Below, in pieces: positions 227,485 through 242,015 of a stretch of 248,000 nt of DNA. Numbering within the stretch: the first letter of the stretch is position 1; each line of letters starts with the position of its first letter. Source of the stretch: Octopus vulgaris (lineage: Eukaryota); assembly GCA_951406725.2 (NCBI GenBank), contig OX597822.1:43420001-43668000 (forward strand), read 5' to 3'. Position numbers and translations under genes: made by a program. The notes below the pieces were generated by a model. It saw only the letters and a list, made by a program, of their open reading frames with translations, had not been told where the DNA came from and did not search any database.

Positions 227485-227521
<37 letters not shown>

Positions 227522-230059
227522 CGAAATCACAACCGAAGCGATAACAGTTGCTGAGCTTGCCTCATTGATTCCGGGAGATTGACCTTTATAGATGGTCTTA
227601 TCACAGATATTTTAATGCTAAAAATTACTTCTCTGAGTTAGAGGGATTTCACGATTACAGAAACTTTATGTATGGCCTTTATACATATTTTTAGATACAA
227701 GCAACTCTCATGTGTTTAATCTTTGCATCCAAGCTTATCCCCATACTTGCTTTGAAAGCAAAACACGACAGACATTCCTCTATCTTAAGTGAAGTCAAAC
227801 GTTCATTGTTATTAAGCAAGAGCGCCATTATCCTGTCACCCTTAAAGTTGTATTCAACTACGACACTTTACGTTCAGAATCTTTATTTAACTGAATAGAC
227901 TGGTTCTTCAGTTGAATTGGTATCATTCTTAAATAGTCTTAATCAACATGTAAAGCGCAGACAAATCTACAACGACATTTCCATAATAATGACATCAGAA
228001 CTGTGTTAAGAATATATTATATCATTATCAAATTAAATTTTTCGCTGTATGTGTCAATACTTGCAATATCAAAAGGATAACACAGCCAAGCATGAACAGA
228101 AACTAATTAATCGAACGTATACTAAGCAGCAATGATTAAAATAGAGTTGTAGATAGTTATATTTAACACGATCGTGTACACTGACACGTGGAAATATCTT
228201 CGCTGTACATTCCCCTTAAGAGAATAATTATAGTCTTTGTGACATTTGCTTTTAACTAGGACATTTAGAAAAGGGTCAGCTAGCTGCGTGGCATAGGGTC
228301 AATTTGAGACATGTTCCAGACTCTGGAACATAGACGCACTGTTTTCTCCCTCTTCCTCTTTTACCGATTCCATAACGGCTCATGCAGTGAAGACGCGTAG
228401 CTTAGTAGCCAGGGTATTCGTCTCACGGTTGTAAGATCGCGAGTTCAAAACTGGGTAGCGCGTTGTGTTCTTGAGCAAAATATTTTATTTCTCATTGCTC
228501 CAGTCCACTCGGCTGGCAAAATCGAGTGATACCTGTATTGCAAAGGGCCAGCCTTGTCACTTTCTGTTTCAGCTGAATCTCCCTAAGAACTACGTTAAGG
228601 GTACAAGTGTCTGTGGAGTGCTGAATACCCAGGCTGGTTCGTTGATCGGATCAAGTATAACCCACTTCGTCGTAACCGACGGAGAGACAGTTCTATTTTT
228701 AACGGCTCGTGTTTGCCGCAACTGGTTTAGCTCGTGTCAACTCCCCTCAAGCATACCAGTCCAACTAATCTGGCCACCAACTATCACTTTTGTGTCCAGC
228801 TGCCTTGTTGTGGAACATTCAGTCCTTCCATCCCATAATGTCGTCTCTCTGAAATTTCCTCTTGTTGGTGTTGGCGTACAGAGATTTGTAAGGAAACGAA
228901 CAGAATAAATCTCACTGTCTTAGGAGGATCTGAGGAGGCCATGGGCGCTGTTGCTTGCTCCAGATCCAACTACTAAAAGAGAAATGCTCCATCGAATGCA
229001 TTTTCTTTCTATTTTAGGGAGAATGGAGGGTCTATAGTTTCGCCACCTGCGTAGTCACCATTTTAATCTATTTTAAAACTCAAATAGGATCGAAACTTCA
229101 ACGCACTTAGGTGTTTATGGCTATTTCAGAAAAGGCATGTTAGTCTCAACGACAATTTCAATATTTTTGAGGAAACCACTTAGATCGGGGGTTCCCAACC
229201 GGGTCCGCAGAATCTTTGAGGGGGTCCATATATATCTTTGAGTGGGTCCATATATAAATTTTGTTTACTGTATTTATTGAAATTTTCAAGATTTGTATTT
229301 CGAATTTCTGTTATGAATATAACGAAATTGTTTCATTGTTAGTTTTTAGAAACGCACAAACGAATATTTTATTTCAAACATTTACATGTGCATATATGAG
229401 GTCCACAGATAAGATAGCTCTCAGGAGACCCACAGGCAAAATAAGGCAGGGGACCCCTGACTTAGATGGAAGACTTGACAGAATATCTATAAGAGTGTGG
229501 GCACCACTACAGTTAGCCAAGTGAACGATTCCATTTTTTTCAAATTAAGCATCGCATTCTTTATAAGCCATCCTCTGCTGTTCTCATATATGGGATGTTT
229601 TTTTTTCCAGCATTTGGATCCATGCTTTTTCTGTTCAGGAAGTACTCTCTTTTGTCTCCTTGTGGTTATCTGGTCAAGGTCTAACGTATTTCCATGAGGG
229701 TAGACATTTATCCCCCAGGCTTTTAAGGATTTGAATTGTCATTGATGCCCCTGTAACTTTGTGTTTTTACTTGTTAGGGGGTGTTGGCCACAGGCATATG
229801 CATTTGTCCACTTAGAAGTGGTGTTCCATATCAGTTTGGAGTCTCTATCTTGACCTGTCCAGCATGAGGGGACTTACCAGGAGTTTGTGCTCTGCTGGCA
229901 TAGCTCTCAGGGTCACTGAGGCATAGAAGTCCCCACAACACAAAAAGGACTGGACCATGTGTTGGAAAGTGAAAAGGGTGATATTAAGTAGGGTGAATAC
230001 CTAATTCTATGATCCTAGGATAGATAACCTACGCATTTCCCGTCCAACGGTTTGACTCA

Positions 230060-230160
230060 CAAGGCTTCGCCGACAATAGTTTATCGAAGCTTCTGCCGAC
230101 AATAGTTTATCAAATTTTCTGCCGGCGATAGTTTATCGAAGAACAAACCTACTACAAAGA
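230060..230160. repeat. ~26-bp tandem repeat x3-4
   Basis: gccgacaatagtttatcgaagcttct. Confidence 0.8.
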
Positions 230161-230576
230161 TCAGTGGAGTCAGTTCAAACTCCAACGCCAACAGACTCCA
230201 GAACAAACATCTGGATCGTACTGTCGTGTCGGCACTTGCGCTGAGATCCGAACACAGAAACAGCTTGAACAACGCACAATAATTACAAACATCATATCCC
230301 GTCCCACGCCTCTCTACCGACACTGGCTGCATTTGCCGTCTTCCTTGTATTCGATGTAATTAAAAAGGAAAAATATGTTCAGTTAATTTCGTTTTCCTTA
230401 ATTAAATTTAGGCATTTATTGAAAGTAGCTAATTGTGCATTAAAGTATCACATATTCGATCTAACGATTTGTCTAACCAACGACGAAACGCTCTCATGCC
230501 ATTTTCAATAAGTGTGCAGGCGTCAGTGTGTGTGTGTGTGTGTACACACACACATACGCATACATATATTTATGTG

Positions 230577-230669
<93 letters not shown>

Positions 230670-230763
230670 CATATATGCATATATACGTATACATACACAC
230701 ACATTTATGTATCAATATATATATATATATATATTAGATACATATACATATATATATACATAA

Positions 230764-230823
<60 letters not shown>

Positions 230824-231239
230824 ATATATATATATGCATATGGATACATAGGCATGTATGTGTGAATGCGTATCTCAATGTGTATACGTATAACAAGCAA
230901 CGTTTATCTATGTGAATGTAAGAGCATGTGGTATGTGTAAAAGTTGCCAAGTCTAAAATAAATTGCTAGATTGACTCAATAGGCACGAATCCATCTAAAG
231001 CCGCTGTTTACTCAGCTACACAGAAGGAGGTGGACAGACAACTGTCATAAAACGTTGATACATACGCCAAATTAATTTTAAAGAATCACAATATACGCTA
231101 TTATGGCTTTGTGATTAAGAAGTGTACCTTATAGCTGCGCGGTTCCGAGTTCCATCGCATTGTGCTTTTATCTGAGTGAGTGTTTACTACCAAAGCTACT
231201 TTGTGACGAATACCATTGAAGTGGTATTCAGGGACAGAA

Positions 231240-231490
231240 AATGAGAAGCTGGCCTGTCATGGCTGTGTGGTGAGAAGCTGACCTGTCATGGCTGTGTGAT
231301 GAGAAACTGGTTTGTCATGGGTGTGTGGTGAGAAACTAGTCTGTCATGAGTGTGTGGTGAGAAACTGGCCTGCCGTGGCTATGTGATGAGAAACTGGTCT
231401 GTGATGGCTGTGTGTGAGAAACTGGCTTGTCATGGATGTGTGGTGATAAGCTGACCTGTCATGGCTGTGTGGTGACCTGTCATGGCCTGT
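231240..231490. repeat. ~29-bp minisatellite x8 fused to a CORE-SINE head
   Basis: gagaagctggcctgtcatggctgtgtggt repeats lead into ...ccactgcgtggcac...gtggatttggtagacgg. Confidence 0.8.
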
Positions 231491-231964
231491 CCTACTACGT
231501 TCATTCCCACTGCGTGGCACTGCGCTCAAGTGACGTCTACTGTAAACTCGGGTCCACCAAAACCTTGTGAGTGGATTTGGTAGACGGGAACTGAGGTTCT
231601 TTGTATATATAATATATATTTATATATTAATGATTTTTAGGTACGCGGTATTTCGTTATGCAACCATGCAGCCATAACATACTATAAAGCGTATTAAAAT
231701 ATATTTGTTCGAGGATTATTAATGGGTTTGATGGGTGGTGATAAAGGGGCGAAATATCCCGAAATATAGCATAAACGTACATTACCCTTCGTTCTCATTG
231801 TTTGTTTATATCTGGCATCTCATATACGAAACGCAGCAGCAAAATTGGCTATAAATTCTATAGAATATCTGTAGAAATAACCTTAACAAGTAATACACTT
231901 ATATACATACACACACAGACACACACATATATATACATACATACATAATACATACATACATACA

Positions 231965-232000
<36 letters not shown>

Positions 232001-232788
232001 TGTGTGTGTGTTTGAGTGTGTGTGTGTGTGTACGTATAACGACGATAAGAAAGTGGAGAAATAAATAACAATGAGAAGTGGATCTTTGGTGTTATAAAGC
232101 CATTATTTAATTAATTGAGATGAGAGCATGATAGAGTAAGTTTGCAGCTGTTTTCGTATATCAGGCTGGGGTAAATATATAATTACCTCATTGCAATTGA
232201 TAGAGATCATTAGAACGAAAATGGCAAAGAGGAACAAAAGAAGAGAGCGAAAGAAAGTGTAAGGAAAAAACAGGAAAAGGAAAATATTCAATAATTCGAT
232301 AGTATTACATTTTAGTTAGGTTCAAAGTTCAATAAACCCATTGTATGATAGACGAGAAGAGTGTTAGTTGAATCTAAGGTCTCGTAATTAGTCATTATCA
232401 TAGCTTACATGTGTCCATAGGTTCAGCTAGTTGACCGCCGGTGTAATCCGAGGGAGTTGTCACTGTTGAGGATATCCAGTGTAGTCCTATGGACCTATGT
232501 GGAACTAATTTATATGTTGTAAGCTAGTTCGTATATTTTCAATGGAAGCCGTAATATAAGGGTAAAGTTCATATCTAGAATTTGTATGATATAGAGTGTA
232601 AATGGACTATGTACCGGAATAATGTATAGGTTTGAAGAGTGCATAGCAAAACAATAAGATCGAAAGGGAAAATTTATCGCGTGTAAAAAGACTTGGTAGT
232701 CTAGCTCTCAACGTATTTTAAATTATAGGAAAATAGTAAGCTAGCGTAGGATGTAGAATAAGTATAAAGTTCAGTAATTTATTTATAA

Positions 232789-233183
232789 CTAGCAGTATCG
232801 CCCGGCGTTGCTCGGATTTGTAAGGGAAATAACTATATAAGCATTTTTAGAGAGTTATAGCCAAAAAATAGCAAGAAAATGCATTAAAAATGGGGAAAAA
232901 CATGATGGTAAATTTTTTTTTAATCGTTGACTCATCGTAGACATTTTTAGAGAGTTACTTCCCTTATATAATAGCGAAAAAATGCATTAAAATGGAAAAA
233001 AATGATGGTAAATTTTTTAAATCGTAGACTCATCGTAGACGCGCGCTAATACCCAGAAGGGCTCGATATGAATCACGACTATAAGATACCCGGTTTTGGT
233101 TAAACTGCAACGCAAAATGTGGTAGTAGTTAGGAATCTAAATCGTAGGAGACAGACACACAACCTCTCTTTTATATATAAAGA
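232789..233183 (-). mobile_element. Helitron family A
   Basis: Canonical ends; lies between diverged inverted repeats 232040-232470 / 233270-233720. Confidence 0.85.
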
Positions 233184-233763
233184 TGTGGGTTGAGTAAGCT
233201 AATTGGTATGTAGGAAAGATAAAGGGAGGTAATAGTAGGTTAAGTAGATTCGCTAACTAAACCGGATATCCCCAATAGCGATAACTCCCTCGGATTACAC
233301 CGGTGGTTAACTTAGCCGAACCTATGGACACGTGTAAACACTGTTAATAACTAATGATGAGACCTTAGATTCAACTAACACTCTTCTTGTCTATCATACA
233401 ATGGAATTATTGCATTTTGAACCTAACGAAACTGTAACACTATCGAATTATTGAACATTTTCTTTTTCCTTTTTTTTTCCTTACGCTTTCTTTCGCTCTC
233501 TTCTTTTGGTTCTCTTTGCCTTTTTCGTTCTAATGATCTCTATCAATTGCAACGAGGTAAATATATATTTACCCCAGCCTCACATACGGAAACAACTGTA
233601 AACTTACTCTATCATGCTCTCATCTCAATTAATCAAATAATGACTTTATAATAACAAAATCCACTTCTCATTGTTATCTATTTCTCCATTTTCTTATCGT
233701 TTTTATATACATTAAACTACTATATATATATATAAAGTTAATCCAAACATGAAAACATATATT

Positions 233764-233834
<71 letters not shown>

Positions 233835-234086
233835 ATATAATAAGCATGTCTGGATAATCTGTGTATTCCAAAAGTCTTCTAGTGTAATCCATATCGCCCT
233901 CTGACACCCTGATGAGTTTCCATCCAAGGTATTTAAAATGCAAAATTATGTATATATTTATGTTTTGTAATTGCTATTATGTTTGTGAAATGAAACAATT
234001 GTTGGTGAATATGTTTGATTAATAGATAAATTAATTTCTATCCATTAGATCCCTCTATTTTCTAACTCGATATATATCGATATAAA

Positions 234087-234145
<59 letters not shown>

Positions 234146-234329
234146 GTAAAAAGTGAAAAAACTACAGAAGGCTTAAATGATAAAAAATATATATTTGCCG
234201 TCAATATGTCTGAAGAACATTAAAAAAATGTTTTCTCTTATTATGACATAGTTTAGAAGAAAGACCGGTTTCGCGTTTAGCTTTTCAAATTTCTTGCGAC
234301 GTTATGTTTATGTTGAACTGAGTTATCGT

Positions 234330-235665
234330 TATGTTTATGTTCAAAAGAGTTCTAAATAAGGGGAGGTAATGAGTGATTTCTTCTGGTGTAAGGGAGATAA
234401 TCGCTTAAAAATGTTTTCCTTTCCCTTGGTGTGAATTTCTCTGTATCAGTACGTTGGGATGGTTAAGTCTGGGCTTGTACTTTTCAATGAAGAATGTTTC
234501 CTTGTTTAGTCTAATTTGTGTTGATGATCCGATAGCACATTGGTAAAATGGAAAGATTAAAAATTGTGGTAGTAGTTGCTTTGCGCATTTCTCAATATAT
234601 ATCTGTACCGTTTGATAGAGGCAAAAGAATCTGTAATCTCTGCAACTCTGAACTTTTTCACACTTTGTTCGCCCGAGGGCGGCTAGTTAACGCGATTTTG
234701 CAAAACTCTTTCAGATGTCCCCATTGGAGGCGCCACACATTTCTTGCATACAATTGAAGCCTAAGATAATTAACACCTTGATGTCCTAAGAAAGGAAAAA
234801 AATTTTGGAAAAAATTTGGAAAAAAATTTTGAATTAAATTTGTAAAGGGAAATTACTCCCCTTTTAACGTATGATCTGCTACTTATTTAGAAACAATATC
234901 AGGGATTATACTCCCCTTGTTTAATAAGTCATCTGTGTATAAACTGACCACAGACGAACACATAGACAGAGGCTCCTATCGGCCGCTTGACCTACAATAT
235001 CTGCAATATATTTTCCCACTAGCTGCTTCCTAACATACTGCCACACATACACAGGCGCACACACACATACATGTAAGTAGTTTCTCACACCCAAATAAGA
235101 TAGCTTTCATTCTTAAAACAATTCGAACATTAACATTAGTTATACAGAATATATTCACACTCTTTGGTTTTCTTGAATTCTTCCCCTACCAAATTTAACC
235201 GCAGTTTGACCTCGATTTATTCCAACGGACTTTTTCGTCGGCCTTCACACACCCTGACGTCAACACACATTGAGAGACAGTTTTGTGCCTGACCATGGGC
235301 TCCTAGGGAGCGTTTTGTTCGAATAGCTTGCTGCGCATTTGTTTTGGAGATTTATATTCCTGGTTTTTCCTGAAGAGAAAGCTGCAAAATGGTCTCCTTA
235401 TTCAATCCGAATTTGGAAATTTGCAGCCTTTGAAACATGTGTAGAAAATAATAAAAAGGAAATTTGTAGAATCTTCGTTCAGCTCCATTTCTTCCCTTCA
235501 CTAAATATATAAAACTTCAATTATCCGCGCTAAGGCACGGTTGCGACACCCCATGGTCGTAACCTCAACCGTGTTTTTTCTGTTGTGATTTTTGCTACCC
235601 AGGTATCGGTTAAATTTTGAATAAATTTTGAATAATCCGTAACAAGATAATTCATTTATCCATTT

Positions 235666-235670
<5 letters not shown>
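234330..235670. mobile_element. PLE composite: GIY-YIG C-terminus (-) joined to a hammerhead-bearing segment (+)
   Basis: IEKCAKQLLPQFLIFPFYQ...IRLNKETFFIEKYKPRLN on the minus strand; 234650-235670 is homologous to 152306-153340. Confidence 0.7.
235365..235448 (+). ncRNA. Type I hammerhead (canonical core)
   Basis: ttttc-CTGAAGA-gaaagctgcaaa...tttgcagccttt-GAAAC-atgt-GTA-gaaaa. Confidence 0.8.
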
Positions 235671-235735
<65 letters not shown>

Positions 235736-235946
235736 TTTCTTTTTACTTGTTTCAGTCATTTGACTGCTGCCATGCTGGAGCACCGCCTTTTAGTCGAGCA
235801 AATCAACCCCGGGACTTATTCTTTGTAAGCCCAGTACTTATACTATCGGTCTCTTTTGCCGAACCGCTAAGTGACGGGGACGTAAACACACCAGCATCGG
235901 TTGTCAAGCAATGCTAGGGGGTACAAACACAGACACACAAACACAT

Positions 235947-235989
<43 letters not shown>

Positions 235990-236152
235990 TACGACAGGCT
236001 TCTTTCAGTTTCCGTCTACCAAATCCACTCACAAACCATTGGTCGGCCCGGGGCTATAGCAGAAGGCACTTGCCCAAGATGCTACGCAGTGGGACTGAAC
236101 CCGGAACCATGTGGTTGGTTAGCAAGCTACTTACCACACAGCCACTCCTGCG

Positions 236153-236197
<45 letters not shown>

Positions 236198-237211
236198 AAA
236201 TTTCAGGATTCAAGCGAATCACGTGCTTAAATATTAACGCTTCAAGGTCTGGGATATCGCTATCGTGTACAAAAATATTTGAAGACAAATACGTACTAGC
236301 TAAAGTAAATACGGATTTGTACACCGGTTGTGTGTACGATCTCAAATGGCCAACGGAATATATAATGAGTTCTCAAGGGTGTACAAAGGTAGAAACACTG
236401 CACCTATTGTACTGCGCTTAATAGACTCCAGATCCAAGTGAATTGCAGGTTCTGCGTATGGTGAATGATAAATAAATAACGACAGATTCATTGTGGTTCA
236501 CTACAGCTGTTTCAAACCTGTTTTTTATCAATAAAAGCTACGTCTGAATCAGCTATAGTGAACCACAATCCATCCGTTGTTATTTGTATGTGTGTGTGTG
236601 TGTGTATATGTGCATATATATATGCATGTGTGTGTACATATGTGTGTGTATGTGTGCGTACGTGTGTATGCAAGTGTGTATAAATGTGTGGCTTTGTGTC
236701 GATTAGTTCGACTAAAACCTTTTCAGTGCGGTGCCCCAGCATGGTAGCAGTCTGGTGACTGACACAAGTAAAAGAATATATGCAAATATATACGCACATA
236801 TGTGAAGTATATAGTGGACATGCAAACAGGACTAATTTAGCTATTGCTATTGCTCCGGAGACAGAAAAAAATGAAGAACAACGTCAATCGAATTTCGAAT
236901 ATTATTGGATTCTTATCAGGGCGTCTACATCAATATGACTTATGAACAAAAACAAGCAGTCAGTCTATTTATATATATTCAACCATGACAGTAGCAACAA
237001 AAAACTGGAGCTACTAATTTGCATAACATAAGTGTTAACACTTTATCTAATATCAGGGAACCTTTAATGGAGATCTCAATCCACACAGTATCCATATGTA
237101 TGTTTGTATGTAAGCATGTTTGCCTGTCTGTCTGCTTGCCTGCATGTCTCTGTCTCTGTCTCCTTTCTCCATATATATACATATTTATTTATATATATGT
237201 ATATTTATATG

Positions 237212-237260
<49 letters not shown>

Positions 237261-237301
237261 TTATATATATATATGTATATATATATATGTGTGTGTGTGT
237301 A

Positions 237302-237397
<96 letters not shown>

Positions 237398-238026
237398 AAG
237401 TGCAATGGCCCAGTGGTTAGGGCAGCGGCCTCGTGGTCGGAGGATCGCAGTTTCGATTCCCAGACTGGACGTTGTGTGTGTTTATTGAGCGAAAACACCT
237501 AAACCTCCACGAGGCTCCGGCAGGGGATGGTGGCAACCCCTGTTATACTCTTTCGCTCCAACTTTCTCTCACTCTTTCTTCCTTTTTCTTGAGTAACGCT
237601 GCGATCGACTGGCGTCCCGTCCAGCTGGGAAAAACACATACGCCACAGAAACCGCGGAACCGGGCCCGTGAGCCTGGCTAGGCTTGAAAAGGGCGCATAG
237701 ATAAGTAAATAAATATATATATATATTCACAAAATATATAATTATAGAAATATTATCATAGCAAAGGCACTAATGAGTAGCGTTACATGCTAGAGACAGG
237801 CGCCAAATGAGTCTATTTCTGGGATGTGACGCTACTCATTGGTGCTCTTACTATAATTATATTTCTATGATTATATATTTTTTATCAATTTTTACCTATA
237901 TTGTTTATTATATGCTGGCTACTTGATAAAATCTTATAGATATTTTAGCATTGATTATATATATATATATATCTCCCACATTTAAGTGCGATGACTGTAT
238001 ACTTCCTACCTAATATACATCTATCC

Positions 238027-238095
<69 letters not shown>

Positions 238096-238105
238096 TATAT
238101 ATATG

Positions 238106-238150
<45 letters not shown>

Positions 238151-238829
238151 GTATGGATGGATGGATGGATGGATGGATGGATGTATATTATGTAGGAAGT
238201 ATACACTCATCGCGCTTAAATGTGGGAAATGTGTGAAGGAAACAAATGTTTCCTTGGTCTTAATTGCTCTATTTAATCAAAATGTCTCCCCTTGTTATTG
238301 GTCATATGTTTCCTCGTATTTAGCAAATTGTTGATCCCTTAGGCGTAAAATTCTTCGGGCTAGCAAGCGGACAAACATTCAATGTAAATTCTAACCTCCT
238401 TAAAATGAATAAACCGTTTTATCTATAATTAACGTTGCGATGATCTGAAAAGAGGACAGTGAGAACAGAGTCAGGTGAGTAAGGAGGATGAGGCAAATAT
238501 TTCCTATTTGCTGTTGCCTTAATTTTTTTCCTGAGTAACTTATTTTACAATATGTTGTCATGCCTTATTGTGTAAAAGCAACACTCATTTACGACTGACC
238601 ATTGATGGGCGCTTTTGTCGGCAAATTCTTGTGTGCAATATTTCCATTTGAAGACAATACACCGCCCTCTCAATTGTTTCATTTTGTTTTAGTACTTTAT
238701 GATAGACGACACATTTCGTATACCACCGGAATCAGAGCATAACTTCTTTCGAGTTTAGTTCTGGTTTTGAGATGGATTTTCCTTTACATGTCGGTGCCAA
238801 TCATTCTCGTTTGCTTTGGATATAATTAT

Positions 238830-239175
238830 AGAGAACCCATTTTTATACAGAATCTATTTCAATAGAGAACCTATTTGGATATAATCATAGAGAACCCATT
238901 TTTATAGTGAACCCATTTGGATATAACTATAGAGAACCCATTTAGATATTGTCATAGAGAACCCATTTTTATAGGGAATACATTTGGATATAATTATAGG
239001 AAGCCAATTTTTATATAAAACCCATTTGGATATTCTCATAGAGAACCCGTTTTTATAGAGCACCCATTTTTATAGAGAACCCATTTTTATAGAGAACCCA
239101 TTCTTAGAGACAACCCATTTTTATAAAGTACCCATTTTTATAGATTACCCATTTTTATAGAGTACCCATTTGGAT
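238830..239175. repeat. ~17-bp minisatellite
   Basis: atagagaacccattttt and variants. Confidence 0.85.
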
Positions 239176-239614
239176 AATGAACTTTCTCATCGTTTCTTTT
239201 ATTGCTGTGGTTTCTTTAATTTTGAATTAAGACTGCTTTCACGTTAGCAAATTTTATAATACGGCCTATATCTAGCCAAAACTATAGTTATATTCTTGCG
239301 CATGTGCATAACTCAAAATCATGGCGTGCTAAAACAATTCTGAGTGCAGATATGGAATTAGTATCCTCGATTTAGTCTAAAACACATGCTTTAACCCCAA
239401 TAGCAAAACCTTTGTTTTCCAGAGAATTTTCAGCTACTAAATTCTCTCACAAGGCATTTGTTGGGCTGGGGCTAAAGCAGGAGTTACTTACCTAAAGTCC
239501 CACGCAGTGGGACAGAACCGGAATCCCCGTGGTCGGAAACTGAACCTCAGTTAATCTATTTTCTCAACATTGGCGTCTTTGTATCTATATGGAAAATCAA
239601 TATATTCCTAACTA

Positions 239615-241042
239615 TTAGGTCATCCTATAAATAATGCAGTTTTTATACTTATTTTATTCTTTCAAAATTGAGTTAAACGAAGTTTATTTTTAATCTAAAA
239701 TGCACTCTCCTTCATTTTCTACAAGGCTCTTCTATCTATCCAGAAGACTTACAAGGCCCACAAATTCCAAAATTCACTTGTCCGTAACGAAAAATACTCC
239801 AATAGTAGTGTTCTGCCATCGTCTACAGAATTCATATTTTCTCCGTCCAAATGATTTTGAAGACTACGGAATAAATGATAATCAGATGGGGCAGTGCCTG
239901 ATGAATTTGGTAGGTGGGACATCGTTTCCCGTTCAAACTGCTCCAGCCTTTCGAATGTCATCCTCACTGTATGTGGCCGAGCATTATCCTGATGGAAGAG
240001 CACCTTTCGTCTTGAAATCAAAGATGGTTGTTTTCCTTCTAGCGTTGACTTAAGCCGCTCAAGCTGCTTGCAGTAGATCTCCATTGTTATCGTTTTGTTT
240101 GGGTTTAAATGTTCAAAGCGGACTAAACCTTTCATATCCCACCAAACAGATAAAAACACCTTACGTGGGTGAAGACGTTCTTTAGCCTGGGGTACCGGTG
240201 TTTCTCCTTTTCCTACACACTGTCGTCGGCGCTTGATATTTTTATAGAGGACCCATTTCTCGTAAGCAGTCATTATTAGGTGACCAAGTAACAATGGGAT
240301 TTTGTTCCTTGGGGATTTGCAGGACGTCATCGTCGAGCTCTATAGATCTTCCAGAACAAGGCTCATCTTCTAGGCTGCAGTTTCCGGCTCGTAATTTCAG
240401 GAACCACCGTTGACACTGGCTCACGCTTATTGTTCGATCCCCATATACTGCATTAATATTCCTCGCACTTTGCATTGTGTTACGTTGTTTGTTATTTCTC
240501 GAGCCACGCCAGGCTCATAAGGGCCAGTCTCCCGGTTTCTTGGCGTATAGGTTCCCCACCTGGACGGGACGCAGGTCCGTCACAGGTGAGCTGCAAGATG
240601 CAGGAGAAAAGAGTGAGAGAAAGTTGTGGTGAAAGAGTCAGCAGAAGTTCGCCATTACCTTCTGCAGGAGCCGCGTGGAGCTTAGGTGTTTCGCTCATAA
240701 ACACAAACATCGCCGGTCTGAGATTCGAATCGGTGATCCCTCGACCGCGAGTCTGCGGCTCTAACGACTAGGCCATGTCCCTCCACACTGTTGCGTTGTT
240801 GCCTTTATTGAACTCATAGAGCAAAATATGCCGAATATGCTCTTCTGTCACTTCCATTATAGCTTTGAAAAAAAAACTGTTAAAACCGAACTGTGCACTT
240901 TTCAAAACTTGCACTAAGAATATATACATGGTAAAATTACTACCTGCATTTACAGCAAGTTGATGCAGGTAGTTCATCTTGTCCCCCTCCGAATTTTAGT
241001 CAATGCAGTTGACAAAACCGCATTATTTATGGGATGACCCAA
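239615..241042 (-). mobile_element. Full-length degenerate mariner with nested SINE
   Basis: TA-flanked TIRs; EHIRHILLYEFNKG, CQRWF, SLEDEP, FHQDNARPH, APSDYHLFRSLQ; SINE at 240480-240790. Confidence 0.9.
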
Positions 241043-241109
241043 TATTAATAGACTTGTATTTGCTTTTTAAATGATGGTATACGAATGATTTGTCTGCGTT
241101 AATACATAC

Positions 241110-241455
241110 AGTGAAGGCGTATGGCTCAGTGGTTAGAGCGTCGAGCTTACGATCGTGAGGTTGTGAGCTCGAATCCCGGACCGGGCTGCGTGTTGTGTTC
241201 TCGTGCAAGGCACTTTATTTCACGTTGCTCCAGTTCATTCAGCTGTAGAAATGAGTTGCGACGTCACTGGTGCCAAGCTGTATCGACCTTTGTCTTTCCC
241301 TTGGATAACACTGGTGGCGTGGAGAGGGGAGGCTGGTATGCATGGGCGACTGCTGGCCTTCCATAAAAACAACCTTGCCCAGACTTGTGTCTAGGAGGGT
241401 AACTTTCTAGGTGCAATCCCATGGTCATTCATGACCGAAGGGGGTCTTTACCCTT
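241110..241455 (+). mobile_element. tRNA-derived SINE, fourth family
   Basis: gaaggcgtatggctcagtggttagagcg head, gcaaggcactttatttcacgttgctccag core; copies at about 153980, 159860, 228370 and 244490. Confidence 0.8.
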
Positions 241456-241589
241456 TTAATACATGCATTTACTGCTGATTCATTCGCCAATTGAGGGACG
241501 ATAAGAGGAAAAGATGTATATTCCATCTTGGTGGGGCTTGAACTCAGGACGTAAAGATAAGGCCAAAAAGAGCGAGCTGGCTTGCCCTG

Positions 241590-242015
241590 CTAGAAATAGT
241601 AGCTAAATGGAATGTAAACATGGCAGTTTGACCCTCTAGATATAGTAGCTAAATGGCACGTTTATGGTGTAGCTTGAACTGCTGGAAATAGCAGGTAACC
241701 GAAACGTCTATATGGTTACATGTCTTGCTAAAATAGCGGCTAAATAGGACGTCTACATGGTAGCTTGAGCCGCTAGAAATAGCAGTTAAACTGAACGTGT
241801 AGATGGCACTTTGACTTGCTAGAAATAGCAGCTAAATGGAAGGTCTACGTGGAAGCTTGATCTGATAGAAATGGTGGTTAAAAGAAACGTCTTCATGCTA
241901 GCTTGACCTGCGCGAAATAGCAGCTAAACGAAACGTTTACGTAGTAGTTTTTCCTGTTAGAAATAACAGCTAACTGGAATGTCTACGTGGTAGACTGACT
242001 TGCTAGAAATAGCAG
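241590..242015. repeat. ~44-bp minisatellite x9
   Basis: tgctagaaatagcagctaaatggaacgtctacatggtagcttgacc and variants. Confidence 0.85.

Noticed and set aside
233340-233440. Hammerhead-like ATGATGA...GAAAC in inverted repeats flanking a Helitron
   Set aside because: Core position 3 is altered, stems I and III do not pair, and the mirror arm lacks the core.
241590-242015. Regularly spaced repeats as a CRISPR array (also 27915, 231240, 238830)
   Set aside because: Units are contiguous with no unique spacers, there are no cas genes, and the context is eukaryotic.
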